Positions 8,664-17,963 of a stretch of DNA of 64,000 nt are shown here, one piece after another. The position numbers were made by a program, and so were the translations under genes. Below the pieces are notes generated by a model. The model did not search any database. It had not been told where the DNA came from and saw only the letters and a list, made by a program, of their open reading frames with translations. Source of the stretch: an uncultured Gammaproteobacteria bacterium (GTDB taxonomy: Bacteria; Patescibacteriota; Patescibacteriia; UBA9934); assembly GCA_964552565.1 (NCBI GenBank), contig CAZKGL010000001.1, positions 119,649 through 183,648 of the forward strand. The letters are read 5' to 3'. Each line of letters starts with the position of its first letter. Position 1 is the stretch's first letter.

Positions 8664-10061
8664 TTACTTCTTCTTTTTCTGCGGCGTGCGGGCTTCGCCG
8701 TGCTTGCGCTGGACGGCGCTCACGTTGATCTTGATCGGCGTGCCTTCGAAGTCGAACTGCATGCGCATCTGGCGCTCGAGGAATTTCACGTAACTTTCGG
8801 CAAGCGCGTCTTCGCGCGGCGCGTTGATGGTGAGGCGGAAGCGCGGCGGGTTCGTCGCGTACTGCTCGAAGCCGATGATGTTCGGGTGCCACGTGCCCTT
8901 GTGCTTGCTCGGCTTGTGGCGGGCGATGGCGCGGCTGATGAACTGCTTCGCCTCCGCGTCGTCGAGTTCGGTGAAGCGGCTCGCAAACACGCGGTCGATG
9001 ACTTCCAGCGTATCTTGCACGCGCTTCCCGGTGAGGGCGGAGATGAACACGATCGGCGCAAACCCGATCTGCGGCAAGTGCGCGCGGATGTATTCGTCGT
9101 ACTTGTTAATGGTGTTCGTGTCCTTGTCCGGGATGAGGTCCCACTTGTTCGCGATGAGGACGACGCTCGCGCCGTGCTCGGCGATGAGCCCCGCGAGGTG
9201 CTTGTCCTGCGCGGTAATCTTCTGGTTGATGTCGATGACGAACAGGACGACGTTCACGCGCTTCAGCATTTCGATGGTCTGCTGGACGCCGTACTTCTCG
9301 AGCATCGTGCCGCTCTCGTTGCGCCGCGCCTGGCGGCGGACGCCGGCGGTGTCGAAAAACAGGTAATCGCGGCCGCCGATGTGCGCGGCGACTTCGTTGG
9401 GTTGGCGCGTCGTGTGCGCAATGCTTGACGCAAGGAAGCGCTTTTCGCCAAGGAGTGCGTTGAGCAGCGTCGACTTCCCGGCGTTCGGCTCGCCGAACAC
9501 CGCGATACGCATCGGCAGTACGGTCGACACGTCCGCAGGCTCTTTGCCAATGCGGCTGAGCTCGGCATAGACCTCGTCGAGAAGGTCGCCGGCGCCGGTG
9601 CCGCGCGCCGCGGAGACGGGGAAGGGCTTCGCAATCGGCCAGCTGCGCCACGTGACGCCCTCGGCGCTCATGCGGAGCGCAGGCGTGTCCGCCTTGTTGC
9701 CGACGACGATGACCGGCTTCTTTGCTTCAAACAGTTTTTTTGCGATGGCGTAGTCGTCCGTGGTGGGGCCGACCGTCACGTCGACAAGGAAGAGGACGAC
9801 GTCGGCGTCCGAAATGGCGAGGTCGGTCTGTTCGATGACGCCGCGTTCGATTTCGAGCGACGGGTCGACGTCGAGGCCGCCGGTGTCGATAAGCCGGATG
9901 ACTTTGCCGCGCCAGATGCAGTCCGCCTCAAACCGGTCGCGCGTGGTCCCCGCGACGTCCGAAACCAAAGACCGCTGCTCTTCGATGAGCTTATTAAAAA
10001 GCGTCGACTTCCCGACATTGGTGCGGCCGACGAGGGCGACTTTGGGGATTTCCTGCTGCAT
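8664..10061 (-). CDS. der: Ribosome biogenesis GTPase Der (EngA)
   Basis: Two GTPase domains (GRTNVGKS, GEPNAGKS; DTGG/DTAG; NKAD/NKWD) plus KH-like C-terminus. Confidence 0.96.
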   Translation of the reverse strand: MQQEIPKVALVGRTNVGKSTLFNKLIEEQRSLVSDVAGTTRDRFEADCIWRGKVIRLIDTGGLDVDPSLEIERGVIEQTDLAISDADVVLFLVDVTVGPTTDDYAIAKKLFEAKKPVIVVGNKADTPALRMSAEGVTWRSWPIAKPFPVSAARGTGAGDLLDEVYAELSRIGKEPADVSTVLPMRIAVFGEPNAGKSTLLNALLGEKRFLASSIAHTTRQPNEVAAHIGGRDYLFFDTAGVRRQARRNESGTMLEKYGVQQTIEMLKRVNVVLFVIDINQKITAQDKHLAGLIAEHGASVVLIANKWDLIPDKDTNTINKYDEYIRAHLPQIGFAPIVFISALTGKRVQDTLEVIDRVFASRFTELDDAEAKQFISRAIARHKPSKHKGTWHPNIIGFEQYATNPPRFRLTINAPREDALAESYVKFLERQMRMQFDFEGTPIKINVSAVQRKHGEARTPQKKKK

Positions 10062-10069
10062 AGCGCCCG

Positions 10070-11575
10070 TTAGCGCAAAACAAGTGAGGCAGCATCTTCG
10101 CCCACGATGATTAAAAAGTCAATGTCTTCAGCGGAGGTGACGAGGTCGGCACCCGGCGTATCGTCTTCCGACAACGCGGTCGGCACGACGTCGTCCGCAT
10201 ACACCCAGCCTTCGTGCGACATGATGACGTCTGCACCGAGAAACTCCTTGAGGCTCGCGAGTTCGGCCGACTTACGGCCGTCCGTCAGGTCATAGATGGT
10301 CGTCCGCGCATACGTCCGGTCGGTAGCGTTGCCGATCGTCACGACTTCGAAGCTCGACCCGTCCAGGCGCTGGGCGGTCTGGTAGGCGAGTCCGCTGATT
10401 GCGGTGCCGTTTTGCACCTCCACCTTCACGGCCGGGACATCGGGGAGCGTTGCCGGCACGATCTCCGCGCTCGCGGTGCCGTCCGAGACGAACAGGGTTT
10501 CGGCGATTTCATGGACGTCCGACCAGTCGTCCGCCTTCGGCAGGATGATGTACGCCTCGCACCCGGTGCAGGCGTAGAGCGGACTCTCCGGGCTCGTGTC
10601 GAGCACCTGCATGGTAATGGCGTTCGTGTCGACGTTCGGCGCGTACTTCGCGAGCTTCACCATCTCCCAGAACGTGAGGTTGGTATCGATGTGGTCGTTC
10701 AGCGTATCGAGGAGGCGCGTGAGTTTGGCCGGGTTGAGGAGGACGCCGGCCGAGAGCGCTTTGTCCTTTACCGCAAGCAGGATCTTTTGCTGGCGTGCGC
10801 CGCGGGCGAAGTCCGTGCCCTCGCCGTTGTTGCCGTGGCGCGACCGGGCGAATTGGAGCGCGGTCTCGCCGTCCATGTGCGTCCATCCGCGTTCAAAGGA
10901 AACGGTGATGTACGTCGGCGATCCTTCGTACTCCGGATATTGTGCATCGGTAAAACTGTTCTCGACGTACACGTCGATGCCGCCAAGTTCGTCGATGAGT
11001 TTTTCAAACCCGTTGAAGTCGACGCGGACCGCGTAGTGGATCGGCTGGCCCGTCACGGTTTCGACGACGTCGCTTGCAAGCTTGATGCCTTCGCCATCGC
11101 CTTTCTGCTCGCCGTATGCGTTCGCGTGGTTGATCTTCCCGTTCCCGTAGCCGGGGATGCTGACGTACAAGTCGCGCGGGATTGAGAGCATGCCGAGTTC
11201 GTGCGTGGACGGCTTGAAGCTGCCGAAGATCATGGTGTCCGCAAGCTGCGGCCCGTCGTGGCCCGCGCCGCCGATGCCCATGAGGAGGAAGTTGATGCGG
11301 TCGTCCGCTTCGCCTGCGACCGGTTTGTCGCCGCTGCCGACGAGCCGCGAGAAGCCGCTCGTGAACGTCGAGAAAAACGAGAGGTTGCCCACGTCGGTCT
11401 CATCGCCGTGGGTGATCTGGGCGATGCGGTACGAAAAGAACGTGCCGACGACCGCGGTGACGGCTAAAAACATGGCGATATAGCGCCCTGAACGCGAAAC
11501 CTTGGCGCGCACCTCGCGCTCCGTGGGAATCTCGTACTTTTTTTGGAGAAAATCAACCGTGTGCTGGTCGGACAT
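10070..11575 (-). CDS. LCP (LytR-CpsA-Psr) family protein with LytR_C domain
   Basis: TM anchor, SIPRDLYV, KINHANA, ALQFARSRH, DFARGARQQ; C-terminal VEVQNGT..GLA. Confidence 0.92.
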   Translation of the reverse strand: MSDQHTVDFLQKKYEIPTEREVRAKVSRSGRYIAMFLAVTAVVGTFFSYRIAQITHGDETDVGNLSFFSTFTSGFSRLVGSGDKPVAGEADDRINFLLMGIGGAGHDGPQLADTMIFGSFKPSTHELGMLSIPRDLYVSIPGYGNGKINHANAYGEQKGDGEGIKLASDVVETVTGQPIHYAVRVDFNGFEKLIDELGGIDVYVENSFTDAQYPEYEGSPTYITVSFERGWTHMDGETALQFARSRHGNNGEGTDFARGARQQKILLAVKDKALSAGVLLNPAKLTRLLDTLNDHIDTNLTFWEMVKLAKYAPNVDTNAITMQVLDTSPESPLYACTGCEAYIILPKADDWSDVHEIAETLFVSDGTASAEIVPATLPDVPAVKVEVQNGTAISGLAYQTAQRLDGSSFEVVTIGNATDRTYARTTIYDLTDGRKSAELASLKEFLGADVIMSHEGWVYADDVVPTALSEDDTPGADLVTSAEDIDFLIIVGEDAASLVLR

Positions 11576-11680
11576 AACGACGTACCCGTTCCTTCGGGAG
11601 TATACGCGAAAGGGGACGAGAGCGGAAGGGGAACTCGACGCTTGATTTTTCGCGAGCGATGGTATAGTTTATTGCCGCAT

Positions 11681-11757
11681 GGATGTTTAGCTCAGCTGGT
11701 TAGAGCGCTGTCCTCACACGACAGAGGTCGGTGGTTCGAGCCCACCAACATCCACCA
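11681..11757 (+). tRNA. tRNA-Val(CAC)
   Basis: Cloverleaf with GGATGTT/AACATCC acceptor, anticodon arm CTGTC-CTCACAC-GACAG, GTTCGAG T-loop, encoded CCA. Confidence 0.96.
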
Positions 11758-11790
11758 AAAATCCCTTCGGCTCCGGCCGAGGGGATTTTT
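11758..11790. terminator. Bidirectional intrinsic terminator
   Basis: aaaatcccttcggc-tccg-gccgaggggatttt between convergent genes. Confidence 0.75.
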
Positions 11791-11794
11791 GCTT

Positions 11795-12886
11795 TTATGG
11801 CAGTCGCTCGACCACGCCGTTTTCCGCGTCCACACGGACGAGGTCGCCGTTGTGGAGTGCGGCGAGGGCGCCGCGGACGCCGACGATGCAGGGCTTCTTG
11901 AGTTCCCGGCTCACGATGGCGGCGTGCGAGAGGAGACCGCCGCGTTCCGTGACGATCGCCGAGGCGCGCTGCATGAGGGGGAGCGCGTCCGGCGTCGTCA
12001 TGTCCATGACGAGGACGTCGCCGCCCGGGATCGTCGCCTCCGCAAGCGTATCGGCGGTGACGATGCGGACGCGGCCCGTGGCGCTGCCCGCGCAGCTGGT
12101 TTGTCCGTGTAGTGCGGCGTCTGCCGTGGCAACGTGCGGACGCGTGCCGCGCAGCATGCCGCCCAAGATGCGGTTGTAATCGATGAACCAGATGCCAAAC
12201 TCTTGCGAGCAGACCGTCTCGAAGTAGCCACAGAGGTGGTCGTGCGCGAACGTCGCGTTGCACTCCGTGCGCAGCGCGTCGCGCATCGCCGCGTCGGGGA
12301 CGTGGAGCAGCGCGACAAGTTCCTTGAGGTGCTCGCGCGCGCCGTCGTGCTTCTCGCTCATGCGCCACGTCGTGAAGTCGTACTGAAACGTGATGGGGCG
12401 CGCGGACGCCTCGAAGCCTTGCGTCAGCCGGTCGTGCGAGTCGGCGATGATGTCGCCAAACACGCCGTCCTCGTTGACGACGATGATCGTCGACCAACGG
12501 TGCTCGCTTGGCCGCGGCATGAGCTCGACGCGGTACGCGGCGTTGTCGATCGTCTGTGCGGCGAACCATGCAAGCGCGTCGGCCGTTGGCACGTTCCAAA
12601 TACGGAGCTTCGGCATCGCCGGGTCGTGCGGCACGAGACGGAGCGCGCACAGCCTGTCGCCGTACGATGCGACGGTCTCCATGAACCGCGGCGCGCGGTC
12701 CGCGACCTCTTGTGCGGAGAAACGCGACACGAGGTCGGTGGGGAGCCCAATGCGCGCGTTGAGGTGCTGCAGACGGTCGCGCTTCGCATTGTCTTCTTCG
12801 CGGAAGGCGGTTGTTTCCGCGTATCCCATGCGCTCGAGCCACTCGGTGAGCGAGACCTGCGCGTGTTTCTTCTCCGTGTCGGACAT
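11795..12886 (-). CDS. PEP-utilizing enzyme mobile (phospho-His swivel) domain protein
   Basis: C-terminal ATGRVRIV...TTPD...TERGGLLSHAAIVSRELKKPCIVG; N-terminus unassigned. Confidence 0.85.
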   Translation of the reverse strand: MSDTEKKHAQVSLTEWLERMGYAETTAFREEDNAKRDRLQHLNARIGLPTDLVSRFSAQEVADRAPRFMETVASYGDRLCALRLVPHDPAMPKLRIWNVPTADALAWFAAQTIDNAAYRVELMPRPSEHRWSTIIVVNEDGVFGDIIADSHDRLTQGFEASARPITFQYDFTTWRMSEKHDGAREHLKELVALLHVPDAAMRDALRTECNATFAHDHLCGYFETVCSQEFGIWFIDYNRILGGMLRGTRPHVATADAALHGQTSCAGSATGRVRIVTADTLAEATIPGGDVLVMDMTTPDALPLMQRASAIVTERGGLLSHAAIVSRELKKPCIVGVRGALAALHNGDLVRVDAENGVVERLP

Positions 12887-12960
12887 AGCCTCCTCATGCT
12901 AGCATAGGCGGCTTGATTTTTCCGTTTTTTATGGTATACTCGGTACAATTTGCAGCATTT

Positions 12961-13608
12961 ATGAACGAAACTTCCCCGAACGACCCGAAGGGCGGCACGC
13001 GAACGCCGCTCCTTGTTTCCTGGCTTGGCCCGACGGCCGGCGCCGTCGCGATGTTCGTGGTGGAGATCGCGAAGATCGTCATCATCGCGGTCGCGATCAT
13101 CGTCGTCGTGCGTTACTTCCTCATCCAGCCGTTCGTCGTGAAAGGCGCGTCGATGGAGCCGAGTTTCTACGACAAGGAGTACCTCATCGTCGACGAAGTG
13201 ACGTACCGCTTCCGCGACCCGGTGCGCGGCGAAGTCGTCGTGTTCCATCCGCCGGAGCGTTCCGCGGAGGGGTTTTACGAAGAGAGCAGCCAGTACTACA
13301 TCAAGCGCGTCATCGGGCTCCCCGGGGAGACGGTGGAGATCCGCGACGGCCGCATCACCATCTATAACGAGGACGAGCCGAACGGCGTCTTGCTCGACGA
13401 GACCTACACGAGCGAGTACACCGACGGCCACATGCGTGTCGTCGTCCCCGCGGGGCAATACTTCCTCATGGGCGACAACCGCGACGCGAGCCTGGACTCC
13501 CGCACCTTCGGTTCCGTGCCGTTTGAAAACCTCATCGGCAGGGTCTGGGTGCGCGGGTATCCGCTCGACCGCCTCGGCGGGTTCTCGGTCCCTGAATATA
13601 ATTTCTAG
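12961..13608 (+). CDS. lepB: Signal peptidase I
   Basis: GASMEPS, RGEVVVF, YIKRVIGLPGE, GDNRDASLDSRTFG. Confidence 0.96.
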   Translation: MNETSPNDPKGGTRTPLLVSWLGPTAGAVAMFVVEIAKIVIIAVAIIVVVRYFLIQPFVVKGASMEPSFYDKEYLIVDEVTYRFRDPVRGEVVVFHPPERSAEGFYEESSQYYIKRVIGLPGETVEIRDGRITIYNEDEPNGVLLDETYTSEYTDGHMRVVVPAGQYFLMGDNRDASLDSRTFGSVPFENLIGRVWVRGYPLDRLGGFSVPEYNF

Positions 13609-13628
13609 CTGAATTCCTCATTCCACGT

Positions 13629-15158
13629 ATGGCAAAACCCACGCAGATGCCGGGGCAGGGCGTCGAACCGAAAAAGAAAGGCCCGAAGACACCGGAACTG
13701 GTCCGCGGTTTCCGCGACGTGCTGCCGGAGGAGCAGTGGCACTGGGATCGCATCGAAGAGGTCGCGCGCACCCTCACGAAGTCGTACGGCTTCGGTCGTA
13801 TCCGCTTGCCCATCCTCGAGTTCGCGACGCTGTTTGAGCGCACGGCCGGCAAGGAGAGCGACGTCGTGCAGAAGGAGATGTACACGTTCGAGGACCCGGG
13901 CGGCGACCGCGTCGCCATGCGCCCGGAAGGCACGGCCCAGGTGGCGCGCGCCTACATCGAGCACGGCATGGTGAACCTGCCGCAGCCGATCAAGCTTTGG
14001 TATTTTGAACAATTCTTCCGCCACGACCGTCCGCAGTTCGGCCGCTACCGCCAGCTGCAGCAGTTCGGGCTCGAGGCGATTGGCAGCATCGACCCGATCA
14101 TCGACGCGCAGATCATGCTCATGACGCACCGCTTCTACCGCGAGCTTGGCGTCGAGGTCGTGCTGCACGTCAACAGCCTCGGCACGCCGACGTCGCGCCG
14201 CGAGTACATCGCGCAGCTCGTGTCGTACTTCAAGGCGCACAAGAACAAGTTGTCCGAGACCGACAAGCGCCGCCTGCTCAAGAACCCGCTCCGCCTCCTC
14301 GACAGCAAGGAGCCGGGCATGGAGGAGCTCAAGGCCGGCGCGCCGCAGATCGTTGACTACCTCGACGCGGAGAGCAAGCAGCACTTCATGAAGGCGCTCG
14401 AGTACCTCGACGAAGCGGACGTGCCGTACGTGCTTGACCCGCACCTCGTGCGCGGCCTCGACTACTACACGCACACCATTTTCGAAGTGTTCATGCAGAA
14501 CCCGAAGACGGAGGAGATGAAGGGTCTGGCGCTTGGCGGCGGCGGCCGGTACGACGGCCTCGTCCCGATGCTCGGCGGACGCGAGAACACCGGCGCCATG
14601 GGCGCGGGCCTCGGCGTCGACCGCACCATCCTCGCCATGAAGCAGTCGGGCGTCACCCAGCCGCACGAAGAGAAGCGCGTCGACATCTTCTTCTGCCAGC
14701 TCGGCGACGCCGCGCGCCGCAAGGGACTTGCGGTGTTCGAGAAGATCCGCGAAGGCGGCATGTCGTGTGCCGAGGCCTTCGGGAAGGGCTCGCTCAAGGC
14801 GCAGCTCGAGATCGCGGACAAGCTGAAGGCGAAGCTCGCGCTCATCTTAGGCCAGAAGGAAGTGCTCGACGGCACCATCATCATCCGCGACATGGATTCG
14901 GGCGCACAGGAAATCGTGGACGTCGAGAAGGTCGTCGGCATCCTGGCCCGCCGCGTGGTCGCAAAGAACACGCTCTCGCTCGTCGAGCAGACGGCGATCG
15001 CCGCCGAGGCCGCGGAAGCGGAAGAGAAGACGGCGGACAAGGGGCATCGCGCCGGCCGCGTGACGACCGTGAAGGTGGAGCCGGTGGAGGCGAAGGAAGA
15101 AAAGCCGAAAGACGACGAGAAGCCGAAGAAGCGCAGCATCTTTGGACGCAAGAAATAG
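13629..15158 (+). CDS. hisS: Histidine--tRNA ligase
   Basis: RGFRD, RPEGTA, FRHDRPQFGRYRQ, LVRGLDYY, GGGRYDGL. Confidence 0.98.
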   Translation: MAKPTQMPGQGVEPKKKGPKTPELVRGFRDVLPEEQWHWDRIEEVARTLTKSYGFGRIRLPILEFATLFERTAGKESDVVQKEMYTFEDPGGDRVAMRPEGTAQVARAYIEHGMVNLPQPIKLWYFEQFFRHDRPQFGRYRQLQQFGLEAIGSIDPIIDAQIMLMTHRFYRELGVEVVLHVNSLGTPTSRREYIAQLVSYFKAHKNKLSETDKRRLLKNPLRLLDSKEPGMEELKAGAPQIVDYLDAESKQHFMKALEYLDEADVPYVLDPHLVRGLDYYTHTIFEVFMQNPKTEEMKGLALGGGGRYDGLVPMLGGRENTGAMGAGLGVDRTILAMKQSGVTQPHEEKRVDIFFCQLGDAARRKGLAVFEKIREGGMSCAEAFGKGSLKAQLEIADKLKAKLALILGQKEVLDGTIIIRDMDSGAQEIVDVEKVVGILARRVVAKNTLSLVEQTAIAAEAAEAEEKTADKGHRAGRVTTVKVEPVEAKEEKPKDDEKPKKRSIFGRKK

Positions 15159-15250
15159 GCGGACGGCATAGCCGGGGTCCCTGTGCCCCGGCTATTGCTG
15201 TTTTTGTACGGCTGTGTCAGCCTGGAGGCGTCAACCCACTGGAGGATCCG

Positions 15251-15904
15251 ATGACCACGATTGTCCGCACCTTCGACGAGGCCCGGGAGGCGCTCGCGCG
15301 CTTCGACGCCGAACACTGGAAGCACGAGGACGGCATGCCGACCGTGCGGCACGTGCTCCTCCATCTCGTGAAGATGGGGCGGGTGCATTGCCTCGACCAG
15401 CTCGCGGTGAGCCAGGAGCACCGCGCGGAGGTCTACGACCAGGCGGTGCAGCGGCTCCTCGAGAACAGCCTGCGCCTCGAGCGCGCGGCCGGCGGCCGCC
15501 TCAAGGACGAGCACGAGTGGCTCGCCTCGCTCTACGGCGAGCCGCCGGATTGTCGCGGAGGAGGCTACGGGCGCGGCGCCGGTCTCGGCCTGCTGTACCA
15601 GGACTACGAGCAGATGGGGCCGTACCGCGCGGTCTGGCGGCACATGGCCATCCCCTTCGACGCGCTCACGACCGTCGTCCACGCGTGGGAGCACGACCTG
15701 CACCCTGTCGAGTCGTACGCGAAGCGCATCACCGAGTGCGCCGACATGCTGCGCGACGCGGCGTTCCTGTTCCGCATGTACGGCGCCGAACGCGCCGATG
15801 CGCGGTGCCGCCGGATTCTCCGCGAGGCCACGGACGAGGAGGCTGTCGTGGACATCCTCGAGCCGCTCGGCCGCCGCCTCGACTACCTCTGGCAGCGCGA
15901 ATAG
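15251..15904 (+). CDS. Hypothetical protein (orphan, strong SD)
   Basis: GGAGG 5 nt before ATG at 15251; high GC3 coding pattern. Confidence 0.7.
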   Translation: MTTIVRTFDEAREALARFDAEHWKHEDGMPTVRHVLLHLVKMGRVHCLDQLAVSQEHRAEVYDQAVQRLLENSLRLERAAGGRLKDEHEWLASLYGEPPDCRGGGYGRGAGLGLLYQDYEQMGPYRAVWRHMAIPFDALTTVVHAWEHDLHPVESYAKRITECADMLRDAAFLFRMYGAERADARCRRILREATDEEAVVDILEPLGRRLDYLWQRE

Positions 15905-15972
15905 TGCGTGCCGACCCGTGCCCGGGCTCCGACTGGAGTCCGGGCGCAGCCGTTTTCCGGGGGCTTCCCCGC

Positions 15973-16031
15973 TTGACGGAAGCACGGGATTCCGCTACAC
16001 TTCGGCCAACTCCAACTAGAAAGGAAGGTGG
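15973..16031 (+). promoter_or_regulatory. Sigma70 promoter and extended SD of rpsU
   Basis: TTGACG-17-TACACT (15973-16001); AAGGAAGGTGG at 16021-16031. Confidence 0.7.
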
Positions 16032-16036
16032 CAACC

Positions 16037-16288
16037 ATGTCGTCAATCGAAGTCAAACGCAAAAAGGGCGAGAGCTTTGAAGCGGTGTTCCGCCGCTTTA
16101 CGCGTCGCCTCCAGCAGAGCGGGAAGGTCCTGACGGTGCGCGGCAAGCGTTTCCGCAGCAAGGATCCGAACAAGAACCGCAAACACGACAGTGCCATCCG
16201 TCGCCTTGAAATGGGCGCCAAGCGCGAGTACCTCTTGAAGACCGGCAAGGTCAAAGAAGAGGACCTCCAGCAGGCACGCCGCCGCTAA
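16037..16288 (+). CDS. rpsU: 30S ribosomal protein bS21
   Basis: IEVKRKKGESFEAVFRRFTR; basic; near a YqeY gene as is typical. Confidence 0.85.
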   Translation: MSSIEVKRKKGESFEAVFRRFTRRLQQSGKVLTVRGKRFRSKDPNKNRKHDSAIRRLEMGAKREYLLKTGKVKEEDLQQARRR

Positions 16289-16383
16289 TACGGCACACGA
16301 AGCAGGGGATAACCCCTGTTTTGTGTTTTGGTACAATGGAAGTACGCGCAAACCCTAATTCAACTCCCCGCAAGCATGCTTTT

Positions 16384-16704
16384 ATGTTTGATAACGAGAC
16401 CGTGGCACAGCTGCGAGGGATTATTCGTGAGGAAGTCCAAGGGGGGGTTGACGGCATCGATGGGCGGTTTGCCGCTATCGATGCCCGATTCGACGCTATT
16501 GATGCCCGATTTGAGCGTGTCGATGCCGAGTTTAAGAGTATTGATGACCGGTTTGAACGGCTTGAGCAGAAAATTGAACGCGAGGTCGATGCATTGCGGA
16601 CGGACATGCATGCGGAATTCGCAGCGCAGCACCGCCGCATCATCAGCGATGTCGGCGAGATGATCGAGCAGAACGTCTTGCCTCACGTATTCCGCCACGC
16701 ATAA
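16384..16704 (+). CDS. Small coiled-coil protein with heptad repeats
   Basis: RFAAIDA-RFDAIDA-RFERVDA-EFKSIDD-RFERLEQ; flanked by terminator hairpins 16295-16329 and 16708-16743. Confidence 0.7.
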   Translation: MFDNETVAQLRGIIREEVQGGVDGIDGRFAAIDARFDAIDARFERVDAEFKSIDDRFERLEQKIEREVDALRTDMHAEFAAQHRRIISDVGEMIEQNVLPHVFRHA

Positions 16705-16772
16705 GCCAAACCAAAAGCGGGACGCCATCCCGCTTTTGGTTTTCTGAAGCACATGTTACCGTTGAGCCATCT

Positions 16773-17420
16773 ATGGAGAAGCCCCTCCTCCTCTTCGACT
16801 TCGACGGCGTGTTGGTGGATTCGTTTGATATTAACCAGCAGGTCTTCAACGAGTTTTACCCGCAGATGACGCAGGACGAGATCCTTTCCTTGTATGACGG
16901 GAATGGCATCACGCGGCTGCGCGAATTCCAGGAGCGCAACGGATACACCGACATCCTCGAGCGGCAAACGGCGTTTTCGGTCCGCTACAGCGAACTCGCG
17001 GCGACGAAGTCGCTGTCCGACTGGGCGGCGGCGATGTTGCAGCAGCTCGCGGAACGGTTCACGCTGACGATCGTCACGACGAGCAGGGAGGAGGGGGTTG
17101 AGGCGTGTTTGATGCGTTCCGGTGCACGTGGGCATGTTGCCCGCATTTATGGCCGCAACGCGCATGACAGCAAGGTCGAAAAGATCCGTATGGCATTTGC
17201 AGACCATGGCGGCGTGCCGGAGAGGAGCCTGTTCGTGACGGATACGGTCGGCGACGTCCATGAGGCGAGGGAGGCGGGCGTCCACGCGCTTGCCGTGGCG
17301 TGGGGCTTCCATCCGCGCGAACGGTTGGCAAAGGGGAATCCGTGGGCTATTGTGGACTCACCCGCACATCTCACTACGATGATCGATACCTATTTCTATG
17401 ACGCTGTACGAACAGATTAA
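16773..17420 (+). CDS. HAD family hydrolase
   Basis: LLFDFDGVLVDS, TTS, K, FVTDTVGDV..AREAG, WGF. Confidence 0.9.
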   Translation: MEKPLLLFDFDGVLVDSFDINQQVFNEFYPQMTQDEILSLYDGNGITRLREFQERNGYTDILERQTAFSVRYSELAATKSLSDWAAAMLQQLAERFTLTIVTTSREEGVEACLMRSGARGHVARIYGRNAHDSKVEKIRMAFADHGGVPERSLFVTDTVGDVHEAREAGVHALAVAWGFHPRERLAKGNPWAIVDSPAHLTTMIDTYFYDAVRTD

Positions 17421-17844
17421 GGACGACATGAAATCCGCGATGAAGAGCAAGGACGCGGAAACGCTCGACACCGTGCGCATGCTGCTTGCGTCGCTCAAGA
17501 ACAAGGCGATCGACATGCAGAAGGAGCTCGACGACGCCGATGTCATGGCGGTCGTGAAGAGCGACCTCAAAAAGCTGAAGGACGGGCTGGACTCGTTCGT
17601 CGCCGCGGCGCGCGAGGACCTGGCAGAAAAAGCGCGCAAGGAGATGAAGGTGCTCGAGAAGTACTTGCCGGCGCAGATGAGCGACGAAGAGCTGGAACAG
17701 AAGGTCCGCGCAACGCTCGCGGAGCTCGGCATCACGGACGCATCCGGCATCGGCAAGGCGATGGGGCAGCTCATGGGCAAGCTGAAAGACTTTGCCGACG
17801 GCTCCCGCATCAAGGCGATGGTTGATAAAGTATTGAAAGGGTAG
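17398..17844 (+). CDS. GatB/YqeY domain protein
   Basis: LYEQIKDDMKSAMKSKD...YLPAQMS...IGKAMG...ADG. Confidence 0.92.
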   Translation: MTLYEQIKDDMKSAMKSKDAETLDTVRMLLASLKNKAIDMQKELDDADVMAVVKSDLKKLKDGLDSFVAAAREDLAEKARKEMKVLEKYLPAQMSDEELEQKVRATLAELGITDASGIGKAMGQLMGKLKDFADGSRIKAMVDKVLKG

Positions 17845-17953
17845 GGACTCGGGTGCGTCGTTGTGCTCCGCAACTGCGCTACGCCGCGGCGGCGACAAGT
17901 CGCCGGCGGCTGGGCGCAGACGTCTCCGCCCAACGACGCACCACTCGTCCCTC
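17844..17953 (+). repeat. Dispersed inverted-terminal repeat element, family 1 copy 1
   Basis: gggactcgggtgcgtcgttg...caacgacgcaccactcgtccctc; reverse-complement copy at 39472-39559. Confidence 0.85.
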
Positions 17954-17963
17954 GGAAGAAGAC

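Noticed and set aside
12887-12897. GAGGAGG SD before the PEP-domain gene
   Set aside because: It is only 2 nt from the ATG and directly follows an extended -10, so the gene is probably leaderless and the motif untranscribed.
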